From assembly GCA_951406725.2 (NCBI GenBank), contig OX597815.1:29016001-29080000 (forward strand): a stretch of 64,000 bases of DNA, read 5' to 3'. The notes beneath the pieces were generated by a model that saw only the letters and a program-made list of their open reading frames with translations, searched no databases and was not told the origin of the DNA. Numbering within the stretch: the first letter of the stretch is position 1; the number at the start of each line of letters is the position of its first letter. The position numbers and the translations under genes are program-made. Positions 52,920-64,000 of this stretch are shown in pieces. Source of the stretch: Octopus vulgaris (Eukaryota).

Positions 52920-54139
52920 GTGTAGTGGGGTAATAGTGGTGGATGGCGGTGGGTGATAGCTCGGATGTTTTTTTCCAGTTCTTTTGCTAGATTCATTATA
53001 GCTAAAAAAGAGGAAGAAGAGGTGGTTTCCTGTCTAGGGAACCGCAGGTGACTGTGGCCGCGGCTATTTTTATGTGAGTGGTTATCTTTAAATGTCCGAC
53101 GAGTCCCCGGGAGATGGGTAAAGGGGCAATCCCTGTGCAAACACAATCTGTCTCGCTGGGAATAGCGGCAGATTTGGGGATTCCTTGTTTGAGATATTGG
53201 TGGTTGTGGTGATGTTGTATTATGGTGGTTGCTGTTGTAGTTTGTGGGGATAGAGCGTTTTGTTCCAGGTAAATGGGTGAATTTGCAGTCTCTATCAGTG
53301 CACAGTCTATGGCGAAGAGAATATCGGCAAATGATGGGGTTTCGAGTGGGTGTGTAGGTGCGTGTGTGTGTGTGAGCTGTGAAAGGTGTAGATGATAGTT
53401 TGAAGTTTTGGCGACCTTTGTGACCTGTAGGAGGTAAATTCCTTGAGATAGCATTAGTAGTAGTAGCTGTAGTAGTAGTAGTAGTAGGTAGAAGAGATGT
53501 TGACGGTGGTAATGATTGAGGAGGTCGATTCCAAGACAAAGATGTTTGTCGATATATAGTGGGAGTAGTACTAGTAGTAGTAAGCAGAGGAGATGGTGTT
53601 GACAATGATGATGATTGAGCTGCTGGGGCAGTGAAAGGAAGGGGTGGTGCTTCCTGCTGTGTGACCCTGATGACTGGGGGGTCAATCGTTTCATTTAGCA
53701 AATCGGCCATTGTAGATGAATCAAGGAGTGGTTCATCCTGTTGTTGTTGTTGAGGTTGTTGTTGTTGCCTCTGAGGTTGTTGCTGCTGAAGTTGTTGTTG
53801 TTGCTGTAACTGTTGTTGTTGTTGTTGTTGTTGCCGCTGAGTTTGTTGTTGTTGAGGTTGTTGTTGTTGTTGTTGCGCCGGTGATGCGTTCGAAGAGAAA
53901 ACACATCTCAGTTTATCGAAGTGTTTATTTATTAATTTAAAAGCAACTTCGATTTGTTTTAATTTATTTTGGATCTGCTGTTCAGATCGAGTTTGCAAAT
54001 GGTGAACTGTTCGTTTAGCAATTAGGTTCAGACACGAAGCACCTATGCTCTCTGTTTCGGTAAGGCCATGCCATGTGTTGATAAGAACGTCGACTTCATT
54101 ATCAGACCAGTTTTTGTTGGATTTTTGGTGGCTAGCCAT
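52910..54139 (-). CDS. LINE ORF1 (409 aa): Myb/SANT-like N-terminus, polyQ, two CCCH zinc fingers
   Basis: WSDNEVDVLINTW...RSEQQIQNKLKQI resembles trihelix/Myb-SANT-like domains; CAA-rich polyQ; CRYSLRHRLCTDRDCKFTH and CRYSQRDRLCLHRDCPFTH are C-x8-C-x4-C-x3-H; overlaps ORF2 by 10 nt. Confidence 0.88.
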   Translation of the reverse strand: MASHQKSNKNWSDNEVDVLINTWHGLTETESIGASCLNLIAKRTVHHLQTRSEQQIQNKLKQIEVAFKLINKHFDKLRCVFSSNASPAQQQQQQPQQQQTQRQQQQQQQQLQQQQQLQQQQPQRQQQQPQQQQQDEPLLDSSTMADLLNETIDPPVIRVTQQEAPPLPFTAPAAQSSSLSTPSPLLTTTSTTPTIYRQTSLSWNRPPQSLPPSTSLLPTTTTTTATTTNAISRNLPPTGHKGRQNFKLSSTPFTAHTHTRTYTPTRNPIICRYSLRHRLCTDRDCKFTHLPGTKRSIPTNYNSNHHNTTSPQPPISQTRNPQICRYSQRDRLCLHRDCPFTHLPGTRRTFKDNHSHKNSRGHSHLRFPRQETTSSSSFLAIMNLAKELEKNIRAITHRHPPLLPHYTCH

Positions 54140-54595
54140 TCTGGTTGATATGTTTTATTAAATTTTATTTTGTTCGTTCGTTTTGTTGATTACTTTTAAT
54201 TATTATTATTATTTTTTTTTTTTTTTTAAGGAGAAGTATGTAGAATTGATTGTACAGAATGTTTGTTGTAATACTGAGAAGTTTGTATTTGAATTATGAG
54301 CTTGTAGTTATTTTATCTTTTCTTTTCTTTTTTTTTTTTTCCCTCTTTTTCTAATTTTTAATGTGTGGGTGATCCTTTAGTTATCAGAAGGTGTTTGAAA
54401 ATATTTGGTCGTTTGAAAATTATGAAAATAGTTTGTGGTTAAGGAAAAGTCTACTCACGAGTTGGGAAAAAGCGTGGTTTCAAATATACAGGAATATATG
54501 TGATGGTCAATTACGACGAATGTAGCTGTGAAGCTTGCTGCTGACCGGCGCAGAGAGGAGTAAAAACACGTCTTATCGTCTCAGCTTACAATGAC

Positions 54596-55524
<929 letters not shown>

Positions 55525-57357
55525 TCACATCTTGTGCGTTGGTGTGTGTATGTGCGTACGCGTCTATGTATGATCGCTAATCTTTTTATGCACGTGTGCG
55601 TGTGTTTACATATTTGTATAGGAGATACTAAATTTGGTTTAGGACGTGTGTTTGTGTGTGCGAGAAGAAAGCATATACGTGCGCGCACGCAAATGTGTGT
55701 GCGCGTGAGTGTGTGCGTGCGCGTGTGTGTGGTTTGTATTTAAACGTTTAAGTCAACAAATAACATGAGACAAAGCGTCGTTGAACGAACGAAAACAACA
55801 ATAACAATTGTAACAACAAAAATAAAACTGGAAACATAAACCAGAAACAAATAAACAAAAAAGCTGTAAAGGAGAGCCAAACGACAGACCAAGCAACAGA
55901 AGTCTATCGTTTATAATAACAAATAAAACAGAAGTCCGTTTGAAAATCTATCTTCCTCTCTGTTTGTGAAGAACCCATACCTAATTTCACGCCATCGTTA
56001 TTGTCTAGAGCAACTGACTATCTACCCGAACATTTGCTGCTAATGTCAAACGGATGACCCGATCGCCTTGAATGATACGAGAGATCTAGAGAGTTGGATG
56101 ACGAGTGTGTAGGTGGAGGAAGAAAACACGTCCGGAAGAAGTGTGTGGTATGAGAGAGAGAGAGGAAATTACAACGTTGATCGCTGGTTGTTTTCCAAAT
56201 AAGAAAATCACACCCTTTCTCCCTTTCAGTTACCCACACGCCATAAGATTTACCATTCTTCTTAATCAGTTCAAAACTCACCCACCACCAGTTTTCTCTT
56301 CTTTTTCTCCCTCTCCTCTACCAGGTTTCCTTTTTGATTGTTTTTGTTATGTTTCTTTGTCTTTTTTCGTTTTGTTTGGTTTTTGTTTAGAGTATGTTTT
56401 TAATAAGAAGGTATGCATACTAGTGGGAGACGAGGAGTTGAATGTTTTGCGGATATTACACGGGTGGTTTAACCCTTTCAAATTCATAACGTCTGGAAAC
56501 AAACATAAAAACAATTTATAATTATTCTTTCACAAGTCAAACAAAGCTGAAACTTTCCATCGGGACGTGATGAAAAACAGAAACGAACATGGAGTTGTCT
56601 CATGGGTCATTCCATAACTATAAATAAAACTGGCGCAAGAGATGACAGAAAAGTCCCGAATGAGTCGAACCAGTGACAGTGATTCATCTGATATGACATA
56701 TCGTCCATTATAAATAATTATTCTAACAATGACGTTTGTTAAGATGAATTAAAATCACAGAGAAGACATTAAGTAGATGTGTGTAGATGTAAGAGTAGTA
56801 TGAGTATAAGTGTATGCGTGTATATCAGTGTGTGTATTTGTGTGTTGGTGCAGGCATGGACGGGTGCTTACGAAGTTTGTTTTGCAAACATGAGATCCTG
56901 GGTTGTATTCCTCCACCATGGCATCTTTGGCAGGTGTCTTTTACCACAACTGCGGGTCGACTCAAGTTCTGTGAGTGAAATTGAATTAACGGAAACTGTT
57001 TGGAAGCTAGCCAAGTAATACAATGCGTCACACTGATTCTGCAAGAGGAATGTCCTTAAGGATACACGAATCTCTGAAATTAGGTAGTTCAGCCGATCGA
57101 ACAGCGAGGCATAGAAATGTCCCACGGCGTTTAGTTACAGCTCTTAACGTTCTAAGTTCATATCCTAGCATCCTACTGCGATCGATAAAGTAGAATACTG
57201 GGATCTTTATATTTCTGTAATGCATCTTAAATGTGAATCAAGTTATATCAGAACATTTTTGTTACCCTATCTGGGGTCGAATTGTTTAAACGCTCTCCTC
57301 AAAATTTCTGATATTTTTGACGATGATTGAAATCAATATGATGCACAGCTTTAACGT

Positions 57358-57550
57358 TACTCTTTTACTCTTTTACTTGCTGGAGCACCGCCTTCAGTCG
57401 AGAAAATCGACCCCAGGACTTATTCTTTGTAAGCTTAGTACTTATTCTATCGGTCTCTATCGGTCTCTTTTGCCGAACCGCTAAGTGACGGGGACATAAA
57501 CACACCAGCATCGGTTGTCAAGTGATGTTGGGAAGACAAACACAGACACA

Positions 57551-57628
<78 letters not shown>

Positions 57629-57771
57629 CACGACGGGCTTCTTTCAGTTTCCGTCAACCAAATCCACTCACAAGGCTTTGGTCGGCCCGAGGCTATAGTA
57701 GAAGACACTTGCCCAAGGTGCCACGCAGTAGGACTGAACCCAGAACCATATGGTTGGTTAGCAAGCTACTT
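57358..57771 (-). mobile_element. SINE family A, 3' part (split by an insertion)
   Basis: Family A body up to TGGTTAGCAAGCTACTT; the remaining head continues at 59847-59884. Confidence 0.9.
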
Positions 57772-57945
57772 TATTTCAAAACATTTGCCATAAAGGCAGT
57801 ACACAGATTAAGTTAGCTTTGCGGGCTGGACGAGGACATTAATGAAGTGAATGATAATGAAAGACAGATGATAAGGATGGGAGAAGACAAAAGCGCCCGC
57901 CGACTTTCGCTTCTCTAAAACATTGTTCTTTTTAAAGATAAACAC

Positions 57946-58079
57946 AAAACGAGGTATTAAACCTCTTACAATTTTTTCCAATTTTTGGACTTAGCAGTCC
58001 ATTATTAATAAAATGCAAAACGAGGTATTAAACCTCTTTCAATTTTCCAATTTTTGGACTTAGCAGTCCATTATTAATA
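57946..58079. repeat. ~70-bp direct repeat x2 in the element 3'UTR
   Basis: CAAAACGAGGTATTAAACCTCTT...TTTTTGGACTTAGCAGTCCATTATTAATA twice. Confidence 0.9.
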
Positions 58080-58094
58080 CTAACAGTTCAATAA

Positions 58095-59296
58095 TTACAT
58101 ATCGTCCTCGAAATAGCTTGTGCCCGCGCCCTCCACCATCATACACGCCTCCCTCAGAACGTAATCAAGTTCCGAGTTCGCGTCGCCCGGGACCAAGCTA
58201 TAATCTTCATTGAGCTCCTTTAGCCCAAGCGTCACGTCGAACACCACGGCCTCCACAGCTATCTGCGGAGGCCATTCGGGGTCCTGTGTGAAGGCTAAAG
58301 GAGCTCCCTTGTGGTACTCTTCCATCATTTTTTTTTCAATTTCTCCTCCTCTATAGAAGAGGACCAATACGTTCAGTTCTTTCGTTGGCGGCACAGTTCC
58401 CGCCAACGTCTGCGGCTCATGGATATCAGCCGCCCGACCTTTCTTTCTTTTTCTCCTCCTTCTTTTGGGGGAGACTGCTGACCCAGGGGACTCCGTCACC
58501 AGACACGGGGGATCGCTATCTCCCTCCGCCACCTGAGCGTTCTTTGGCGAGCAGCCATTGTTGCTCGCCTGTCTCTTTCTTTTCGTGGAGGCAACCTCCT
58601 CCACGACTTCCACCGTCTCCCCTCCAATGAGGGGCGGCGGGCGCCTTTTCCCCTTCATGCTCCGGGGCACCACCACGGCCCCCGGGACAATTCCTCTTGA
58701 TATGTCCGGGCTTCAGGCGCAGGTGACACTTGGGGGGGCGTCCCTCGAGTATCACCGGGTACCTGTGCCCAGCCATTCTCAGGAAGTCCGGGAATTTTCA
58801 TTTCTCCCACGGCCACCGGTGTCCACAGGGTCAAAGTTGCCTTTGACCCCTCCCAGGCGACCGCGGGAGCCATTTTCACACTCAGTAGCCTGGGTCCGCT
58901 ATCCCCCAGGCCTCGCCGGATGGTCTTCTCGATCCATTCCGCCTCCGTGCCCGGGGGCAGCCCACAAACCCAGGCTCTTTTTACTTTTCTCCCACAATAC
59001 GAGGGGAGGAACAAAATTTCCTCTCCCTCCAGTGGCTCGCTAGCAAATCTGTTAGCTTCCTCGGGGGTACCAAACAGCAACCACACCGTTGCAAATTTAC
59101 TCCCCCGAGAAATAAACTTTATCGTTGGTAGGTGGTCCCCCAACTCTTTCTCTATGGTGCTCCTGTCGAAGAGGGCGATAGCTCCACGCGACCTAGAATA
59201 GGTTCGTAGGACCACCGTCCTCTTCTCAAGACTTTCAATCCACTGCTTGGGTGGGACAACCTCCCATTCCAAAGCAGTGGTTTCTTTTGTTGCCAT
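58095..59296 (-). pseudogene. Frameshifted Tx1/L1-type ORF1 (RRM-like region, zinc knuckle, basic tail)
   Basis: Three overlapping frames: MATKE...VWLLFGTPEEA...AWVCGLPPG; VILEGRPPKCHLRLKPGHIKRNCP (CCHC knuckle with the second Cys changed to Arg); PKRRRRKRKK and an acidic end. Confidence 0.72.
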
Positions 59297-59461
59297 GATT
59301 TTGAAAAAAAAGTTCAACTAAAGTTCAAAGTCCAATAAGAAAAAACACAATGACAGAACAGAAAGACAGAACAGAGAAAAGGACGAAGGAAGACAGTTCA
59401 AATAATGGCAACACAGTTCTGCAACTGGTAATCCTCACGAAACAGGGTACTCCTAGTTGCA

Positions 59462-59548
59462 GCACACTTGGTTCTCCGTGGTAAATCCAAGCACAATTGG
59501 TTCTCCGTGGTAAATCCAAGCACAATTGGTTCTCCGTGGTAAATCCAA
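59462..59548. repeat. 29-bp tandem repeat x3 in the element 5'UTR
   Basis: GCACAATTGGTTCTCCGTGGTAAATCCAA three times, one substitution, no spacers. Confidence 0.95.
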
Positions 59549-59846
59549 GCGAACAAATTAATTTTTGAGGAGGGGCTATGCCTCTTCAAAATACACAATT
59601 CTCACTAAAAGGTGAGACAATAAATACGCCAACAGGCAGAACAAATACATCCGAAGCAAAGTGGAGCTTATTACGCGCAGAAAAGTGTTAACACTAATTA
59701 ACATTAATGCCAAAAAAGTATCAACGGCAAGCAATAACCTCACTATGCTTCCAAAAATATCCAAAATGTCCTACCTGTTGCCGTAAATGTTCAATAATTC
59801 ACGTTAACACGTGACATTTGCCGGAGCAAAACACAGCACGTCTGTC

Positions 59847-59884
59847 TGGTAAGAAGCTACTTACCACACAGCCACTCCTGCGCC
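59847..59884 (-). mobile_element. SINE family A 5' head remnant
   Basis: AAGCTACTTACCACACAGCCACTCCTGCGCC completes the SINE at 57358-57771. Confidence 0.88.
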
Positions 59885-59998
59885 TTTATAATAATAAATT
59901 CATATCACTGGAATAAGATTTTAGTTTGGCTTTAAAGTAAACGACATTGTGAAGGTCTTTTAGCAGAGACTTAATTTGCTCAATATTAGCGGCCAAAT

Positions 59999-60215
59999 AG
60001 GCGGCGAGGTGGCAGAATCGTTAAGCAGACCAAACAAAATGCTTAGCGGCATTTCGTCCGTCTTAGCGTTCTGAGTTCAAATTCCGCCAAAGTCGACTTT
60101 GCCTTTATCCTTTCGGGGTCGATAAAAGAAGTACCAGTTGAAGATTGGGGTTGATATATTCGACTTTCACCCTCTCCTGAACTTGCTGGCCTTGTGCCAA
60201 AATATGAAACCACTA
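59999..60215 (+). mobile_element. SINE family B short-tail copy
   Basis: Full head and core, tail GGCCTTGTGCCAAAATATGAAACC; flanked by TATTAGCGG(C/T)CAAAT direct repeats (likely TSD). Confidence 0.87.
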
Positions 60216-60549
60216 TTAGCGGTCAAATCTTCTACTTTTTCATTATAGAAGTGAGTACGGCATCAATTAAATTTTTTTTTTTAAATCTTAGTACAGCATA
60301 CACAGCAACGAAGCTGGAATATTGCCGAGTAAACATACTGTTCAAACTTTTCTTTCTACTATATGGATATACTTGCAATTTTGAAATAGGACTAATAAAT
60401 GAAATTACTCTACTACGACTACTACTACTACGACTACTACTACTACCACGACTACTATTACTAATACTACTACTACCACTACTCCTACTACTACCACTAC
60501 TACTACCACCACCACCACCACTACTACTACTACAACTCCTACTACTACT

Positions 60550-60750
60550 ACATGGCACTTTAAGCAAGTGTCTTCTACTATAGCCTCGGATCGACCAAAG
60601 CCTTTTGAGTAGATTTGGTAGACCGAAACTGAAAGAATCCCGTCGTGTGTTTGTGTATATATACCTATATATATGTATATAAATATATATGTATATATAT
60701 TTATGTGTGTAAGTCTTTGTGTTTGCCGCCCCTCCCCCCGCCATCGCTTG
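60550..60750 (+). mobile_element. SINE family A internal fragment
   Basis: GCAAGTGTCTTCTACTATAGCCTCGG...GAAACTGAAAGAATCCCGTCG. Confidence 0.8.
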
Positions 60751-61703
60751 TCAAGGGCTTGAAATAAACAAATCGTGACAGTAAAAATGGTTATATTTTT
60801 GGTTCCGATGATTTCGTTCACCAATAAATTATAACAGCCAAAACTTCTTTTCTCTTCAAAATTCATTAATTTATCTTTTCCTCCACGAACATACTTTTCG
60901 CTGAGAATTTCCCATTAAACGCAAAGAATTCCCTGTACAAGCCATCTCACTATATTAGGTTTCTTAAAATGTCTACCAAAAACATTTTCTTTCACACCTC
61001 GCTGGCTGCTTCACACTTAATACCCTTCCATTTACGTTAGGTCCCCTTTAATTATGTGTGACGCTGTCGTTTGTTTCCCGTGACATGAATGTCTAATGTA
61101 CCATACTGTGTGGTCACAAGATTAAGCTGGTTGCTGTAACCACAAATTTAAAACTGGATCAACCCGATATCTTCTTATCTTCTTCATCTTCGTATCTGAA
61201 GGATAAAATAACACTAATAAAAGTTGCTTCTTTCGTTTGAAATCACTGGTAATAAATAAAGTGAAATTTGTAACGAAATCCGTTGGTGGAAAACATTGTG
61301 GAACATTATGTAAGCTCCCAGACAGTGATACACGCAAAATATTTCCATTCCATTCCGAGTTGAGACTAAATCATGATTTTGTAAAAAGGTTTGAAATTTT
61401 ACATTGCGAAAAGATATCTAAGTCATATCATAAGATGCTGCAACTGAAGTGTAATTGCTATATCTCTTATCATTTATATTGTACTTGTTTCAGTCATTGG
61501 ACTGCAGCCATACTGAGAGTCTGTTGCCTTGAAGGGTTTAGTCGAACAAATCTACCCCAGTACTTATTCTTTTTATGTTTGGTTCTTAATCTATCGGCCT
61601 TTTTGCCGAACTGTTATGTTACGGAAACGTCACCAAACCAAGCGATGGCGAGCGACAAACACACGCACAATCACACACACACACATACACACACACACAC
61701 ACA

Positions 61704-62685
61704 CAGATGCAAAATTATCACAGGCAATAAAAACCAAGATGACGTCGCAAGCTTACAGCGGGACCTAAATTCGATATACAAGTGGGCCGAAATAAACAAC
61801 ATGCAGTTTAATGTTGGAAAATTTCAAGCACTGCGCTATCAACTCACGAATGCACTACAGCTTGCATATACAGGACCCGAAGGCACTACAATCACAGAAA
61901 CACAGGCAGTGAAAGACTTGGGAATCAGTGTGTGTAATGATGCATCATATTATATGCACATTACCAATATCGCAGCGAAGTGCAGTCAACTAGAAGGATG
62001 GATACTGAGGTTCTTCAAGAAACGAGACCAAGAAATTATGTAAACCCAGTGGAGAACCTTTGTTCTCAGACACCTGGACTACTGGTCCCAGTTATGACCA
62101 CCTCATAACAGCGGAGCTTGAAACAGTCCAACGCCACTACACTAAAAAGCTTCTAACAGTGCAGCGGATGAGCTACAGGGATATGGTGAGAAGACTGCAA
62201 CTTTACTCTCTGGAGCGAAGGCGTGAGAGATATGTAATAATATACATATGGAAAACTCTAGAAGGGCTGGTACTTAATTTCTGCATTGAGTGTTATACAA
62301 ATGCCAGAACAGGTCGCCATTGTATTGTACCAAAGGTACTATCCACTTCAGCTACATTCAGGACCAAGTACTACAAAAGTCTAAGATTCAAAGGCTCATA
62401 GCTCTTCAAGGCCCTGCCATAAAAATTAAGAAATCTGCATAAGGTGGAATTAGATGTCTTCAAAAAGGAACTAGACATCTTCCTCTCCACTATACGAGAT
62501 GAACCAACATGAGGTTCAGACGAGGGCAGCGGAATCAAACACCATTATACACTAAATGGGCCAACAGCTGGGACAAAGACACATACAAGAGTGGGGATGT
62601 GAAACGCCCCAGACTGAGTAAATCAGAAAGACCACGGCGGTGCTCCAGCATGAACACAACCGCATGGCTGAAACGAGTAAGAGAG
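61704..62685 (+). mobile_element. 5'-truncated, decayed CR1-group LINE
   Basis: LQRDLNSIYKWAEINNMQFNVGKF, VKDLGI, GWILRFF, LQLYSLERRRERYVIIYIWK are homologous to the intact ORF2; stops and frameshifts present; 3' end GGCGGTGCTCCAGCATG...GCTGAAACGAGTAAGAGAG. Confidence 0.9.
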
Positions 62686-62733
62686 TATATATATATATAT
62701 ATATATAATTTTTCAGATCATTGCGCAGACGCA

Positions 62734-62791
<58 letters not shown>

Positions 62792-63221
62792 TATATTTTT
62801 TTTTTATATTTATATATTTATATATACACAATCGAAAACCAATCATCTTCATCTGCAGTTCCGACGAATCAGCGAAATACGATTTAGAGGCATTAATAGA
62901 ACAAGCCTTATATATTTATGTATGTATGTATGTATGTATGTACGTTGCAGCCCAGTTTTGCATCTAGGTAACTGAAACTTGGCATCAGAGAACATCTTTT
63001 TAAGGTCATAGGTGATCGTATATTTTCTGATATTTTCTATAAAACTAGACAAAGTTGTGTGTGTGTATGTGTGTATATGTTTGTGTGTGTGTGCGTGTTC
63101 GGTATTATTATCATCATCATCAGCATCAGCATCATCATCATCATCATTAGTATCATCATCATTAGCATTATCATCATCGTCGTCGTCGCCGTCGTCATCA
63201 TCATCATCGCCATCATCATCA

Positions 63222-63390
63222 GAGTGACGAATTGGCAGAAAATGTTTCGCAATATTTAGTTACGGTCCTCCTTTACATTCTGAGTTCAAATCTTACCGAG
63301 ATCAATTTTGTCTTTAATCCTTTCGGTGACGATAAAATAAAGTACCAGTCAAGTTATAGAGTCGATGTAATCGAGTATACCCCCCAACCA
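63222..63390 (+). mobile_element. Diverged SINE family B copy
   Basis: TTCTGAGTTCAAAT...TCCTTTCGGTGACGATAAAATAAAGTACCAG...GTCGATGTAATCGA. Confidence 0.75.
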
Positions 63391-63539
63391 CTTACACACA
63401 CACACACACATACACACTCATATCAAATATTGCTGGATTTGTACCTAAATTTGAAAAATTATAACGTTGCATCTCTTTATATTCTGGATTCAACTCTAGC
63501 CTGGTCTAGTTTGTATTTTATTTCCCTTGGTCGAGAAAC

Positions 63540-63960
63540 AATTATTCCGAATTGGATATATTTATTTGGGCAAAAGCGATGTGAAGTTCTTTCAGGAGAT
63601 TTGGGGCATCAACGAATATCAAATGAAGAATATATTCCGAAAGAACTTCCAGAAATTATTGGCCTGGTAATGCTACAAGGAATCATTGCCCGCTCGCGAA
63701 ATTTTTTCCCACGAGAGTTCCGGACTCCTGTAATGAAGTCATTTGCATACACCAATCAGAGTTCACCTTGACCTAGTTTTCAAGTTAACAAAGGTTGTTG
63801 CTGGTGGCAGAAACCGCATTGGTGCAGGCAGATCGTTGACGGATTGTAGGATTGTTTGAAAAGTGTGAAAGGAAAGGTGCCGTTCAGCTCTCAGATTATG
63901 CCTAACAAGAATAACATACCTTATTAAAAGAGAAAAGAAGTATTGTCATTCCTTACCCAA
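63540..63960 (+). pseudogene. Possible highly decayed Tx1-type ORF2 C-terminal fragment
   Basis: One frame reads IFRKNFQKLLAW*CYKESLPARE, reminiscent of the Wxxxxxx(A/S)LP region preceding the L1/Tx1 ORF2 zinc finger; many stops. Confidence 0.3.
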
Positions 63961-64000
63961 GTGACCTTACCTTATCACCCATCACTTGTGATGCGCTCAT

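Larger units (their letters stand above)
49814..54595 (-). mobile_element. Full-length, apparently intact CR1-group LINE
   Basis: ~455-bp 5'UTR with AGACGTG near the 5' end, two open overlapping ORFs, ~90-bp 3'UTR ending in (TTCTAAGTTA)2; TA microsatellite on both sides. Confidence 0.93.
57772..59846 (-). mobile_element. ORF1-only non-autonomous Tx1/L1-type retroelement
   Basis: TSD TGGTTAGCAAGCTACTT (57755-57771) vs TGGTAAG-AAGCTACTT (59847-59862); 5' AGACGTG motif; gag-like ORF; ~320-bp 3'UTR ending at an AATAAA that spans the junction; no RT. Confidence 0.8.

Noticed and set aside
53002-53694. 230-aa alternative-frame ORF inside LINE ORF1, and antisense ORFs within ORF2
   Set aside because: Shadow frames of low-complexity coding sequence with no recognisable motifs.
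59462-59548. 29-bp repeats as a possible CRISPR array
   Set aside because: Head-to-tail with no spacers, eukaryotic context, no cas genes.
61237-62043. 268-aa ORF as a single gene
   Set aside because: Chance read-through of unique sequence, a SINE A fragment, a (CA)n run and the truncated CR1 ORF2.

Overview
AT-rich, microsatellite-saturated eukaryotic DNA. The repeat content suggests an octopus or other coleoid cephalopod genome (inference). I found no convincing host-gene exon, and nearly all ORFs in the track are translations of simple repeats or SINEs. The window is a dense retroelement community: (1) an apparently intact 4.8-kb CR1-group LINE (49814-54595, minus) inside a (TA)n array, whose ORF1 has a Myb/SANT-like N-terminus, polyQ and two CCCH fingers; (2) a 2.07-kb ORF1-only Tx1/L1-type element with a ~17-bp TSD inserted into the tRNA-like head of a SINE; (3) two abundant tRNA-derived SINE families, one sharing its 3' tail with a CR1 LINE in the window and a subfamily of the other sharing its tail with a Tx1 LINE in the window; (4) head-to-head palindromic elements with outward-pointing hammerhead ribozymes (11.0-12.4 kb, 30.4-30.8 kb) or a tRNA-like core (44.5-45.5 kb), suggesting Penelope-type mobilisation; (5) MITEs (Merlin-like, Tc2-like, mariner, hAT-like), a non-autonomous Helitron and RTE fragments. 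Boundaries of degenerate copies are approximate.
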